From NCBI GenBank assembly GCA_964252035.1, contig OZ176204.1: a DNA stretch of 64,000 nucleotides; one strand, 5' to 3'. A model generated the notes under the pieces. That model was not told the origin of the DNA. It ran no database searches and saw nothing but the letters and a program-made list of their open reading frames with translations. Below, in pieces: positions 43,048 to 64,000 of the stretch. Source of the stretch: Podarcis erhardii (lineage: Eukaryota). Position 1 is the stretch's first letter. Every line of letters starts with the position of its first letter. Both the position numbers and the translations under genes were made by a program.

Positions 43048-46000
43048 AGTTTATACCGTGCTGGTGAGTTATAGAAAGAATGCAAATAGTTTATGTATTT
43101 GTAATAGAAATGCTTGTGTGACCAGTCAAGAGATAAAGAAGCTCTTGACTGAGAACTTTGACTATGACTACTGTTCTTGTCGTCTGCCTCCGGGGGAAAA
43201 CTCTGCTATAAACAGTAAGACGAGGTTTTACTGAGGTGCCAGCATACTAGCAGAAAGTGCAGCAGAAGTGTGTGGGCGGTAACCTCTAATATGGGAACCC
43301 CTTCAAGAGATTTTGACTGTGTGCCTGTGCCTGTGAATCACATGGTGTCATAATGATGTCGTGTGATGGACAGGTGGGCAGCAGTGATTACTGGTCAGGT
43401 TTGGCTTTCAAGGCAAGTTCTGATAAAAAAACAAAAAAGGTCACACTCCTGCTTTAGATGGTTATAAGAGGATCACTAAAGGTGATGTTAAAATTTGTTC
43501 ATAAATTCATAAGTACTTTGTTCTCTCCTTTTTAAAATCCACCTTGGTATAACTAGCCAATCATGCATATTTTCTTGTTCACCCACAACTTACTTTATTT
43601 TTTTAAAAAAACAACTGTAAATTAGATATACATTAAAATTGTGTCTTGTCATAAGGTGGCAGAAATAGCTTATTGGTTTATTATTCTTTATGATATACTT
43701 GAAATAAGAAGCTGTTTCCTTGGCATATTATTAAGAGGAGAAATTATTTACATGTGAAATGAGTATGGCAGCCAACATTTTTAAATTTCTTTCCTAAATA
43801 TGTCACTCAGTGCCGTGCTAAAATTACAGTTGACTAAAATACTGTGTTCATTGCACTTTTTTTTCTTAAAGGTGTCAAAAACTTTGGCTGCCTGTGCCCT
43901 CAAAGAGCAGCAAACAGGTATGTGAAAATGTTGTTGCAAAAAAATTTGCTGGTTTTGGCTTTGGAGTTGATTGGCTGCACATTGATGCAAGAGCACAACA
44001 ACCTTTAATCATTGTGTGCGTCAGGTTTTGCTTTTACACTATTCTCATGAGTAGTACTTCGTTGTATCATTAACTTCCCCAAGGGGAAGTGTTAGAGCAC
44101 TGATACTTAGGTGGATTTAGGGCTAACCTAGAAGCCATAAAAACAGTATGTGAGCTGTTGTTAGCAATGGCTCTATTTATTTGTTATTTCTCTCTCTCCT
44201 ATAGATACACGTTTTAGGACATAAGGAGTAAGAGAAGTACTGCTTGGGGGCAAAACCAGACTGGACGTAGGCAGAAACACATCTTAGAATCATTGAATTC
44301 TAGAATTGGAAGGGATCCTCAGGGTCCAGCCCCCTGCAATACAGTAATCTCAACTAAGCAACCATGTTAGGTGGCCATCTAACCTCTGTGGCTTCCTAGG
44401 CTGCTAAAGCTTCTGCATCTTAATTTTGTAGAGAGAAACTAGATGAAATGATATATAGTTCCATGCTGTTTGTATATAATGAAAATTTACCAGGTACATT
44501 TTTTATTCTCTATCCTTCAGTTCTGGAGCCCTTCCAAACAAAGTATCTTCACCAGCTTCCATATTAATGGGATCGTAACTGTCTAGTCAAACTTCTTTCT
44601 TATACTAAAAACTTACCACCTGGCAATGTTTGTCTAGTTCTGTACTGTACAACTTTGGCTTCTGGAGAGATGAGCCACTCATCTAGGTATTATAGACGTT
44701 GCCTCATACACTTTTGCAGTTTGCTGTCCCTTCATTCTTTCTCTTTCCACACAAGCATTGCTGCAACTGCTTTTCATGGGAACAAAGGAGCATTGATTTT
44801 AGCAGGAATTAAATGCCAGTATGCTTTCTTCTTCATGGGAAAACTGCTTTCCCCCTGCCTTAGCAAAATCCATCTTTCTTGCCGTGAATTAATCTTTGCT
44901 TCTTTCAGTTCAGTGACAGTAGCAGAAAGAACTCCAGAACCTAAAAAATTAGTAGTACATAAAAAAGAGGTGAGTCGTTTTTCTGTACTAGTGAAGCTTT
45001 TGTCCTTCATTGCATAATTACATTTTTCCATGTGATTAATATATAAGCCTATAAGGATTAAAATACATCACAAATATACAATGTAAGATGCTGGGAGGAA
45101 TATTAGAGTATGGAGAGAGGAAGCAAGGATGTTTGCAGGTCAGAGATTTCACTTCAGGTTATTTTGCTTCTTGAGATTTGTTCTGCTCTTCTAGTCAGCT
45201 TTGCTGGTTTGATTGCTCCTTGTGGATTGCTGATGTCAGTTTCTGAATCTTTACAGAATACCCAGTCAGTTTTGTTGAGAAACAGAGGAACCCAGGGAAG
45301 ACATTAGTGGTGGACTCTGCAGGGTGTCACATATTAATGTTGTACCTGTCTCTGATGATTGCAGATGGCTATCTGCCAGGCTGTAGAAATCAAAACAGTG
45401 ACCTTTTCCATAAGCGCAACTCAGCAAACACACATTTGGTGTTTCATATTGTATTTTTGGAGGAAGGATCTTGCAGCTAAAACTTGGCTGTATTGCTAGA
45501 TGACTAATGTGCTAAGCCTCGTTTTGTGGATTTGGAACTTAAGTAACGCATATACAGTGGTACCTTGGTTCTTGAATTTAATCCGTTCCGGGGGTCAGTT
45601 CAACTCCTGAAACGGTTCAAAAACCAAGGCGCGGCTTCCGATTGACTGCAGGAGCTTCCTGCACTCAAGCGGAAGCCGCTTCGGACATTCGGCTTCTGAA
45701 AAATGTTTGCAAACTGGAACACTTATTTCTGGGTTTGTGGCGTCCAGGAGCCGATTTGTTCGGGAGCCAAGCCGTTTGACTACCAAGGTACCACTGTAGT
45801 GCAAAGGGAATCCCCACTTTGGGATACAAGAAAGTTTAGGGCTTGAACCAGTCCACTCCTTCCCATACTTGTATTTTTATTTCTACATACCTCAAGTATG
45901 CAGAGATCATGTCTGTGGGATTCCCTATTTTGCTACCAGACTGATAGACGGAGGATACAGCTTTAGTGGAATCTTAAAGATGGCACTGGAATATATTGAA

Positions 46001-49000
46001 TTTTCCTTTCCCATGAGCAGGCCTGTCACAGACTTGTATTTCACAATGGTCCATTTTCTTTTAACAGAGTTTAAAGCATTGCTTGACAAATGATCTATCA
46101 GAGGATGTGTCACTTAGGTTAAGCCTGGGTCAGGAAGAATCATCATATGGAAGGCATTCTGTAGTTGAGACAGAAGAACAGAAATATCTGAGCTTGGACA
46201 AGGCTACAGAGAGCCTTCCTTACCTTACAGAGGTACCATTCTTGTGGTAGGGTTGATTGGGATAAGTTCCTATCTGATGGACTATTTGACCTGAACAAAT
46301 GCCACTGCTCTCTTCTGTCCTCGGTACTATGCCCAGGAGCAGTAACTTATTATTTTTAAATTAGCTGTTCAGATTCAGTTGTAACCCAAGCTGCAATATT
46401 CAGTATGTGACATGTTGCAAGCAAGAGCTTTAGCATCATTTTATAATCTGAGGAATTTGAGCAAACTAGAGATATCATGACTTGTCCCCACTCCTGCCCC
46501 CCGAACATGGGAAGTGTAATTCTGCCTGCTGCTCTCTACTTATGCATCTAATAGCATTACACTTGCCCTTCCAGGATATGGAGAGAGAGATAGCGAATGT
46601 GCTGAACTGTGGCGAAGACGACGAAATCCTGACTAGTGCCTTCAAGCTGAACATTACACGTGGAGACATCCAGAGACTAAGAGACCAGCAGTGGCTCAAT
46701 GATGTGGTAAAATACAAGTTTTCAATTCTAGTCAAAACTTTGTTAACTTTTTCTTGTGGCAAGGTCACATGCTGTGAGGTCCATTAGGGTGGACTTGAAT
46801 TCTTGGAAAATGAAAGCTCTTTTAAGTGTTGCATCCTGGCTTGGCAAGGACTTTGACACGATTGGGCAGGGCCATCTGTTCTACACTGTTTGGTATAACA
46901 AAGGTCATTCTGGTGTTTGAATGACATGCCATGTTCAAGTTTGCTAATGAGTGCAGGGAAATTAGCTGAAGCAGGGCTTCTAGCTATGCTGAAGATCCTT
47001 GAGGCAATTCAGCAGGGTGTTGTGTGCATTGTATATTAATGTCCTCCAGAACCTGCTGCCAGTGTCACAGTTTATACAAGTGCTTCTGAATTGGTACTTA
47101 TTTCCTCAGTTCTGAAACAGCCTCTTTAATTAATTGCTCTGGTTTCTGGACAGATGGCTGCAACACTTATTGTAAGAAAAAGGATTCTATTTGTCATGCA
47201 ACATCAAAAAATTTCTAGATACATTGGTCCACATCAGTTCTGATTTCTTCCCTGTCTGTACCATTGATATAATCTTGACACACAAGAGAAGCAAAGCAAG
47301 CTTCGGAAACAGCCTCCATCTTATCTAAGAGGGTGCTGTGGGTTTTTGCAGACTCGCATGATTCATCAGGAGGCTCGGGTCATGGGGGCCCACAGGTGGG
47401 GGACATGGCAGGAGTGGAAGTACTTAGACTTGTTTTCCAAATATCCTGATCAGACCAATGACCCAGGTAAAATGTGCAGATTTTACATGGAGTGAAGGTA
47501 TTAGCAGTTCTGGAGACACACTGCAAATTCTACAGCCCAGCAGTTTAGCCACATGATGTCATGACAGCTGCCTCCTCTTTAACAGGTAAACATCTAATCG
47601 TTGCTCTTTTCTTCCTTTCATTGTTTCTTGTATTTATAGGTTATTAACTTCTATATGAACCTTCTGATGGAGCGAAATAAACAACTGGGCTTTCCAGTAC
47701 TGTATGCGTTTAATACTTTCTTCTACCCCAAGCTAAGTTCTGAGGGCTATAATGGGGTCAGAAGATGGACCAAGCAAGTGGACTTGTTTCAGCATGATAT
47801 TATCTTAGTGCCCATTCATATCAGAGTACATTGGGCATTACTGGTGAGCACATTGTTGGCTTTTCTCATCTCATTTTTAGAAGGCGAGAAGATGTGAAAG
47901 TAGCAAATGTGAATGTTCCATTAATACTATTATTTTGATGATAGGTTATAGACATGAGGAGAGAGACCATCAAATATTTTGATTCAATGGGACAAGATGG
48001 TCATGTGATATGTAAGAGATTGCTGTAAGTCAATTTTTCTAATATTTTTTTTTCTTCCCATGTTTGCTCATTTTTGTGTAAAACGCCTTCTAATTAAAGT
48101 TGCAGACATCATGCATTGCCAAATAAATAACCAAACATAAGCAACTGTCTGACAAGCTGTCTTAATACTGCACCAGCTCTTAAATTGCTCATAGATATAT
48201 TGAGAAGTTTACTTAACACCTTAGATATGACTGTCATTTTTAGAAACAGATACAGTTATTGTAAAACTCAGTTTACTTCGCAACTTTTTTTAATAAGCTT
48301 TCAATTTAAATCATCAAGTGAAAGTATGCTCTTAAAGATATATAGCATCTTCTCATTCTGCCAGATATTGAAAAGGTTTATGATGCAAAATTTTGCTAAC
48401 TCTGTAGAGTGATAAACTCTATTTCGTGACTGATCTATCTCATGCTTTTATTGAACAGGCATTTTCTGCAGGAAGAAAGCAAAGCCAGGAGAAACATGGT
48501 CATAAAAGCTTCATCATGGACACTTTACAGTATGAAACCACACGTGCGTGTGTGATTTTACGGCTCTAATGTGCATCTCAGCACATGTTCTTTAAAGTGT
48601 TGCTTTGGGTGTACTGATCCTCCCTTAAAGTATCATTTATTAAGCTATGAACAAATGTTGGGTGCTCACCCATAAGTGTTGAATGCTGAACTTGTTGGAG
48701 GGTTTCCATAATGCTTTTTAAATGGGTACTCAAAGCAGTGAAGACTTAGATGAAATTTTATGCTGAAGGGATTCTAACGTGAAATGCTTACTATCTTAGA
48801 TTAGGTTAATTTGGGAAAAGTTTAACATTTTCAAGCAGAGTGGATTTCACAGAATGTATAGCTCACTTGGTAAGACTGTGGTGCCGATATGGTCTATCTA
48901 CTATTGGAACTTTCTCCTGTAGTCTTAAGTTTTCCATAGAGCAAACATGTCTAATGTAGGAAATGGGAAATGTAGTGCAGTACAATCACATCATACTTGG

Positions 49001-49696
49001 GGGTTCGGTTCCACGTATCTATGACACTAACAGAGGCTCTTCAATGTTCAGTATTCTGCAGTCGAGGGGGGGAAGCAGAAAGGAAGCAATATCTATATGT
49101 ATATATTTCTGCATTTTTCTGTTTCCTCCCTTCCCTCAATCTTAGGAAATTCCACAGCAGTTGAATGGCAGTGACTGCGGAATGTTTGCTTGTAAATATG
49201 CAGACTTCATCTCCAGGGATAAACCCATTTCATTTACACAGGTGAGTGGCCTGAAACACTTTAGGAAAGCCTAAAGCTGCTTTCCTCCTGCTTTGCCTCC
49301 CTTGAGGTAGGCAGGGATTTGTTCACGGCTAGTGCTGCCATAGGCCTTCTCTGTGACCCCTATTTCCATGGAGAAATGGCTGCTTATTAGTGGTGTCCCA
49401 TCTTGCACAACTGCACATCTGGGACTTTGCATATCTGATTCCTTTGTTTGGATATGCTCCCATATATTCTGTTCATGACATGATGAGCTGATAAACCAAG
49501 CTATTGCAAAGTAATAATCTGGGGTGGTGGTGGAGAGAGAATAAACATGAACGTAGTAGTAGACTTTGAGCACAGAGGGGAAGTTTGCTTGTATGACTGC
49601 ATTCAGTGTTCCAAGGTGTTTTTCTTTTTGCAGCGTCACATGCCTTACTACCGCAAAAGGATGGCATGGGAGATACTTCACCAGCGACTGCTGTGA
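31749..49696 (+). CDS. SENP2: SENP2 (SUMO-specific protease 2, C48 family). Exons: 31749-31858, 33355-33410, exon 3 uncertain (33858 or 33916 to 34025), 37199-37274, 38839-38920, 39046-39202, 41061-41164, 41734-41816, 43872-43917, 44909-44969, 46068-46232, 46575-46706, 47640-47843, 47945-48024, 48459-48543, 49146-49241, 49634-49696 (TGA)
   Basis: N-terminus [14 protein letters not shown] (amphipathic pattern) and bipartite basic NLS-like RKRR...[33 protein letters not shown]. Catalytic domain WLND, VPIH..VHW (His), VID (Asp), [10 protein letters not shown] (Cys), WEILHQRLL. Catalytic exons (132, 204, 80, 85, 96, 63 nt) are secure; the small middle exons 8-10 are phase-consistent but less certain. 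Confidence 0.93.
32599..32758. mobile_element. Degenerate hAT-like MITE
   Basis: Right end AAGTTGACAGCTATG, left remnant CTGTTAACC; GTTCTAG(T/G) flanks both sides. Confidence 0.45.
34180..34470 (-). mobile_element. LINE 3' fragment (L2-like)
   Basis: (TTTA)-like tail then GATGGCGCCAGGCGAGCCTCTCTGGGGAGAACATTCCACAG, a common squamate LINE 3' segment; family assignment tentative. Confidence 0.6.
34851..34888 (-). ncRNA. Minimal type I hammerhead ribozyme motif, antisense copy
   Basis: Exact reverse complement of 35224-35261. Confidence 0.72.
35224..35261 (+). ncRNA. Minimal type I hammerhead ribozyme motif (Penelope-associated), sense to SENP2
   Basis: GTAT-CTGAAGA-AGTGTGCATGCACAC-GAAA-GCTC-ATAC: CUGANGA and GAAA cores, stem II GTGTG/CACAC, palindromic AGCT stem III, stem I GTAT/ATAC. 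Confidence 0.75.
35818..36290 (-). mobile_element. BovB (RTE) LINE, 5'-truncated, with open RT C-terminal frame
   Basis: [39 protein letters not shown]...[35 protein letters not shown]; (AAC)n tail; 12-bp TSD CAAATAAGAAAT (35806-35817, 36291-36302). Confidence 0.95.
37414..37804 (+). mobile_element. Tc1-family DNA transposon, internal deletion derivative without transposase
   Basis: TA-CAGTGAGGTGGGAAAGTATTTGATCCCCT ... AGGGGATCAAATACTTTATTCCCTCACTG-TA; inner direct repeat AATAAGTATTTCATCCCCT near 37612 (IR-DR layout). Confidence 0.88.
38545..38650 (+). mobile_element. LINE 3' tail (L2-like) with (ATT)n
   Basis: GTTAGCCGCCCTGAGCC...GGAGGGCGGGATATAAATAAAATTTTATTATTATTATT. Confidence 0.65.
39479..39832 (-). 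mobile_element. Sauria SINE, full length
   Basis: Reverse complement of the 27145 family; 10-bp TSD TCTTGCCAAG (39469-39478, 39833-39842). Confidence 0.92.
40251..40435 (-). mobile_element. tRNA-derived SINE with CR1-type tail
   Basis: ACATAGGACACTGCCTTAT...GACTGGCAGCAGCTCTCCAG...TTGAACCTG...CACTGAGCTATGGCCCC. Confidence 0.65.
43005..43042. repeat. (CA)19 microsatellite
   Basis: Direct read. Confidence 0.95.
44283..44390 (-). mobile_element. CR1 3' terminal fragment
   Basis: TAGAATCATTGAATTCTAGAATTGGAAGGGATCCTCAGGGTCCAGCCCCCTGCAAT. Confidence 0.6.
45555..45796. mobile_element. Tigger-like MITE
   Basis: Perfect 14-bp TIRs CAGTGGTACCTTGG / CCAAGGTACCACTG, TA on both sides. Confidence 0.9.
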
Positions 49697-50437
49697 CACC
49701 ATCTCAAAGTATCCTCTTTCCTGATCTCCGTTCAGAGATGGGAGGTATGCAGACGTGTCGTTCCAAACCCAAGTACTTAGTTCTGAATTTCCATCCAAAG
49801 GGCTGAAACATGGATTAAGAAAGGGATTCAGCAGAATCAGCTTAATGGTACCAGAGTAGTGAAAGACTGTTAAAGAAAAGCGGCCCGACAATTCGATATT
49901 GGATAAACAATGAGCAACCTCAGTGACGTGAAGATGGAACATTGCCATCTTCCCAACGGCTGTACATTACGTACTATAATTTCAAGACACTGACTCTAAT
50001 CAGGAAATATGCTATGAGCTCGTATGTCAGTTGCCAGCTCCATTTTTAGGTTAGCCTCACCAGTTTGCCAGCACATCCCTCCTAGGCAAACTACGGTTAG
50101 AAACACTTCCAAGATGGAGTAAGGAAGGGGTGTGCAATTGTGGGTGGGTGGGTGGATGAACCTGTGGCATATTCCTGACCACCAGACAAAGATATTTTGG
50201 ATTGGAAGGTGGAAAACACACTTGTTTGGTTGTTGTTTTTTTCTAAAACTGGATTTGTGGTGATTTTGGAAGATAGAAATTTCCTTTTGATTTGTAACAA
50301 ATCCATAGCAAACACCCTAAATGGGGACTCATCTTTCTTTAAAAGGATTATGATTTGTATGAGACTTATTTATTTGCATTCGTATATTTAAATGGAAATG
50401 TGTTAGAATCTGAAATATTTGAAGAACTAAAAATGGA

Positions 50438-50443
50438 AATAAA
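50438..50443 (+). terminator. Candidate SENP2 polyadenylation signal (AATAAA); alternative near 50791
   Basis: AATAAA about 740 nt after the SENP2 stop in AU-rich UTR-like sequence. Confidence 0.45.
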
Positions 50444-50882
50444 TATTTATCTAGCAAATCTCAATTTGAATCTTTTCATCTGATACTGTACTTCATCTGG
50501 AAAAGTTTTGAGGTAGTAGTGCTAAGGTTAAAGGAATAACGTTAATAGGTGAATGGGTAGAATTCATATATTTTCTTTCAAACGTAAGCATAACCATAAC
50601 GTTATATAATTTAATAGGTAAGAGAAAACAGCTCTACTAACTTTCTTCCTACAGTATCTGCATGTCTTTAGTAGGCGGAAGCACATGTTGCATTCTGGTG
50701 AGGAGGAAAAGGAAGTGTTCACTAGCATTGCAAGCTGAATGTTAGCAAGTTGTGGTCTGACTACAGAGCACACACAGAAAACCAAACCAAAATAAATCTA
50801 ATATCCCACCTCTTTGCTATATTCATTATCTGCTTGTCAATCAGTAAAGAAAGAAAAACTAACTCTGGTTTTTAATGTTTTG

Positions 50883-51020
50883 CAGGCATAGGCAAACTCC
50901 AGCCCTCCAGATGTTTTGGAACTACAATTCCCAACATCCCTAGCTAACAGGACAAGTGGTCAGGGATGATGGGAGTTGTAGTCCCGAAACATCTGGAGGG
51001 CCGGAGTTTGCCTGTCCCTG
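50883..51020. mobile_element. hAT MITE, same family as 26889
   Basis: CAGGCATAGGCAAACTCC..CCCTCCAGATGTTT / AAACATCTGGAGGGCCGGAGTTTGCCTGTCCCTG; 8-bp TSD ATGTTTTG/ATGTTGTG (1 mismatch). Confidence 0.85.
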
Positions 51021-52984
51021 ATGTTGTGGAATGGGAAGAGTGGAAGGAAATTGCAGTGGGCAGGAGACTATTGTGAGGTGATTGTGGGACAACTGGTCTG
51101 TGCCTAGTTCAAGTTTGAAGGCACCTTTTCTCTCCCCCCCGCAAAAAAAAATACTGCAATTCCCCTCTCGACTCATAATGCTGTTATTTAGTGCTTTGAC
51201 CAATTATTCTTGGAGGCTGGTTATATTTAACATTTTTGCATATGGCAGTTGTGCAGTACCATTCTGGAAATTGCTCAGCCCAGTTTTGGCTATAGTTATA
51301 TTGGACAGCCTTCAAAGTGTTGTGCACTTCTGGGTAAGAGTCCTTTATGAATAACTGCACATGCAGCTATTTTGCTGTGTACAAGAGATTTGGTGATGGC
51401 TTCCCACTGTATGCCCATTATTGGCATGTAAGTGAAATGGGAACATATGAAAGCTACCTACAAGGCAGAGCGTCCTGTATCATAGAATATAGTGGATAAA
51501 TGCAGGTGTGTGGCCTGTTAATTTGTAAGCCTTCCTTTCCTTTAAACAGACACCTCCATGCACTACTTGTCTGTAGTTAATTCAGAGAAGGGAAAGCTGC
51601 AACACTTCAGGCCGGGTTACGTCTGGTGAAAGGTGCTTTGGTTCCTCCCCTGAAATATGCCTAGAATTGAATTAGTGGTGGCTTAAATGTAAGTTTTGCA
51701 GCCTGAATTTATGTTTACAAATACAGTATTTATTTAGCACTTTAAGTGCTTGGTGTACTTGCATGCATTCCCAATAACCCTTACACCACAGTAAGGCTAC
51801 TCAGTCTTTGTATCCTTGCATCTCCTAAAACCACTGGGAGGCCATGCCTTAGACGTCAGCCCTTTACACACTTACCTGGGACTAAGTCCCATCAAACTCT
51901 GAGGAGCTTCCTTCTGAGGACACTTGTATAGGATCTCTACCACACAAGCATTTAAAATACAGGCATCACCAGCTGTGGGGTAAGCACTCTTTTTTTCTTT
52001 TTCTTTTAATCTGACACCACCACCAATAAGCCAAAGCATGTGAAATTTTCACAAGTGGGCTTTTCCATCCACTTCCATAGGGCTTCCTTCTCTCCCCCCC
52101 CCCCAATGTTGGGCCTCCCATCTTGTGCAAGAAGCTGCATATGGGAGCTGATGCTATAGGACAGGTTATATTTAGAGCATAATTGCCTACTGTTAGTTGG
52201 CACATAAATATGTAGCTATTATGCTACAAAAATAATCGGTTAATCCTGTAAGAGATTAGCCTCTTTGTAAACTGCTTGTTTTAGCATATGTTAATCTTTT
52301 CTATCACAGTAAGAAACAAGATGTTGTGTTTGTTTGGCCACTAGCTTGTGCTGGTCCAATCCTGTTTTTGAGTGTGTGTGTGTGTATGTGTCTAATATTC
52401 TTCTTCTAAGCTGGTTTGTTAAAAGTTTTCGCCATAGTGACAAGTTAACTCAAATGATACTTTTGCAGGGTCCCTGCAATTCAAATGAGTTTGAAAGTCA
52501 CCCAGGTACTTCTACAAAGCGCAGCCCTTGTTTCTGCTTCCACCCATTGACCTCACAAGACTGCACAGGATCCCCTCCTTAAGGCCGGGGAGGAAGTAGA
52601 TTAGGGGAGAGTGCTAGCATACCACCCACTTTCCTATTTTCCTTTTTCTGTTAAATAAAACTACTGAGGTCAGGCTCTTGTTAGCTGGATATATTTTGTT
52701 TTTCACAGAACACTGTTTGAAGTAGAGAAACTGGCATTGCAGTCTGTTGGTACAATGGTATGTTCACAGAAACCAGTATAACATCCATCTGTTAGCACAG
52801 AAAACTCTAACCGTGTGTGTAACCTGTCAAACTCAGGAGTTCTGCTCCAGTGTCTCTTGCACTTCTATCCTTTATTATTATTATGTTCCAAGGCCATTTG
52901 CTCTCATCTAGCAGAAGAAGAATACAGAATAGTCATCATGCAGAATGATGCTTTCTTCCACCTGGCAGCTGTCTTTTGCCTAAA

Positions 52985-53007
52985 TTTATTTCCAACTCAT
53001 TTTTATT
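52985..53007 (-). terminator. Tandem IGF2BP2 polyadenylation signals (AATAAA at 53007-53002 and 52990-52985)
   Basis: Two AATAAA on the minus strand about 1.2 kb after the stop, just 3' of the let-7 site pair. Confidence 0.65.
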
Positions 53008-53087
53008 AAAAAAATAAAAAAATGCTCCAACTCTCAGTTTTACAAGGCATACAAAATCTCAAAAAGGGACACACAAGAGCAAGGTGC

Positions 53088-53112
53088 TGAGGTATGAAAA
53101 CACCTGAGGTAG
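53088..53112 (-). promoter_or_regulatory. Tandem let-7 target sites in the IGF2BP2 3'UTR (8mer 53112-53105, 7mer-A1 53094-53088)
   Basis: Minus strand reads CTACCTCA and TACCTCA, 17 nt apart. IGF2BP mRNAs are established let-7 targets. Confidence 0.85.
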
Positions 53113-54196
53113 TTTGTTTGTTTTCTTTTGTTTTCTTTTTTTGAAAAAAAGTTGCAATTTTCATGCCCTGGGCCAACACCATCTTGTCAATCCCATTTAA
53201 AAAACCCACTTCCCAAAGTATTGGTGGCAGCATCCTCCATGCAAAATGTACCAAGTGTGCTCTGTTTTCCTGCAAGCTGGGTGAAGGTTCCCCTCCACCC
53301 CTTTTAGGAAGCCTAGGTATAACTGAAGCTTGGCATTTTGATAAGCAAAGTGGAAGTTGTGGCTGGGTGGTTCTTTTTGCATCTATGATGTGTTTACTTG
53401 GAGCACTGCATTGTCTGGTGGTACAAAAGGAGAGAGAGTGTATGCAAAAACCAGTTTGAGATCTATGAAGCAAAGAGAAGATCATATGAGCTGGAGAAAA
53501 GAAATGCATAGAGATTCCTCTGCTAACGAGACGGTATCCCTTCCGTTGGCACATACAGGCAGCAACCCAATATGGCATGGAGCTGCCATTGGTCTTCCTA
53601 AAGTCCTTCTAAATGTTGTTCACTTTGGATTACCAGAGTAAAATTTAAGTGGAATTCCAAAGTCCTCCATGCTACTTTCTGATAGAAATTCAAAATGGAC
53701 TAGCTTCTTTCCTTCTTAATCTAGAAAAGCCTGCTTTTTCTAAAAACAAAATGCGACTGTTTAAAAAAAGAAATTAAAGACTGGAGTTAGTTTAGTTAGC
53801 TATATTAATTCTAAAATATATTAATGCTGTCCTGTACAGCAGCCCATGCACTGTGTGTGGGGAAAAATGTTTTCCTAGTATGTACACACATGTACAGAAA
53901 TTATTCTGAATGGGTTTGTCTGCAAAAATTTTTGCCTATGTTAGTCCAACTAAAGGGATAGCGTTTTACTGTTAGACAGACTCCATGTGGGCTGTGGTGT
54001 GAGGGAAGCAGTTCCCTGCTGGCTGAAGCCCCACCCCCTCCCACTCCCTGTGTACTGAAAGTCCTCTGCAGAGCCCCAGCTTCTTGGGCAGACTCCAATG
54101 CCTCCAGATAGTCTTTGGTTTGCTCCCTGGTCTGGTTATTCTGTCAGGTGTTGGAAGGGCTACATTCATCGGTTGTTGTTGGCTAGCCTTGGAGCC

Positions 54197-63576
<9,380 letters not shown>

Positions 63577-63737
63577 CTAAAAAGAAACACAAGGGGAAAT
63601 GAGAAACAACAAAGCAAACTGAGGGAGGGCTGGGAAAACTATGTTTGGGCCACCTAACTTTCATCCAGTGAAGTAAGACCTGAAGGTGTCTGGCATTTTC
63701 TTTGGGGTGGGCAAGGCATCCACACACCTCCATCTTT

Positions 63738-64000
63738 GGTCAAAGGCCTGGAAACGATGCCTTATGAGGAACGGCTAAGGGAGCTGGGCATGTTTAGCCT
63801 GGAGAAGAGGAGGTTAAGGGGTGATATGATATCCATGTTCAAATATATAAAAGGATGTCACATAGAGGAGGGAGAAAGGTTGTTTTCTGCTGCTCCAGAG
63901 AAGCGGACACGGAGCAATGGATCCAAACTACAAGAAAGAAGATTCCACCTAAACATTAGGAAGAACTTCCTGACAGTAAGAGCTGTTCGACAGTGGAATT
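63738..64000 (+). mobile_element. Young CR1 LINE 3' region, continues beyond window
   Basis: Frame KGLETMPYEERLRELGMFSLEKRRLRGDMISMFKYIKG...RSNGSKLQERRFHLNIRKNFLTVRAVRQWN, canonical CR1 ORF2 C-terminus. Confidence 0.93.

Noticed and set aside
44205-44227. Candidate SENP2 microexon (TAG|ATACAC...GGA|GTAAGA)
   Set aside because: Gives a TAG stop in the required phase 2; exons 9 and 10 join in frame without it.
46692-46706. WLNDV instead of human WLNDE in the SENP2 catalytic domain
   Set aside because: This position varies among Ulp1/SENP proteins (T in Ulp1, Q in SENP3) and the triad is intact.
49271-49948. 225-aa minus-strand ORF
   Set aside because: Antisense to the SENP2 last exon and UTR; no recognisable domain.
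50480-50580. let-7-like microRNA gene on the plus strand
   Set aside because: Only nt 1-12 match; the 3' half diverges and no ~22-bp precursor stem is visible. Kept only as a possible target site on the other strand.
53006-53578. 190-aa minus-strand ORF
   Set aside because: Lies in the IGF2BP2 3'UTR across the let-7 sites and A/U tracts; no protein-like features.

Overview
Vertebrate genomic DNA, not prokaryotic. The repeat content (Sauria SINE, BovB, CR1, L2, Penelope, TA-targeting MITEs) points to a squamate, probably a lacertid lizard (inference). Four spliced genes were reconstructed by hand with splice sites and phases: the 3' part of MAP3K13/LZK (+, 12 exons, 381-14509), complete TMEM41A (-, 5 exons, 259 aa), SENP2 (+, 17 exons, intact His-Asp-Cys triad) and the 3' part of IGF2BP2 (-, 7 exons). 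This block is syntenic with human 3q27. Most notable: (1) TMEM41A and SENP2 start codons are only 681 bp apart in a CpG island, leaving no room for LIPH, which lies between them in human; (2) SENP2 exon 3 does not hold frame as written, and a mammal-like exon-3 fragment with no usable donor lies just downstream; (3) a very young Penelope retroelement in SENP2 intron 3 forms a ~170-bp inverted repeat carrying two minimal hammerhead ribozyme motifs; (4) a Tc1 deletion derivative resembles fish/amphibian elements. I found no convincing wholly new multi-gene system. Most ORF-track entries are spurious. Comparisons with human proteins and repeat families are from recall, not database searches.
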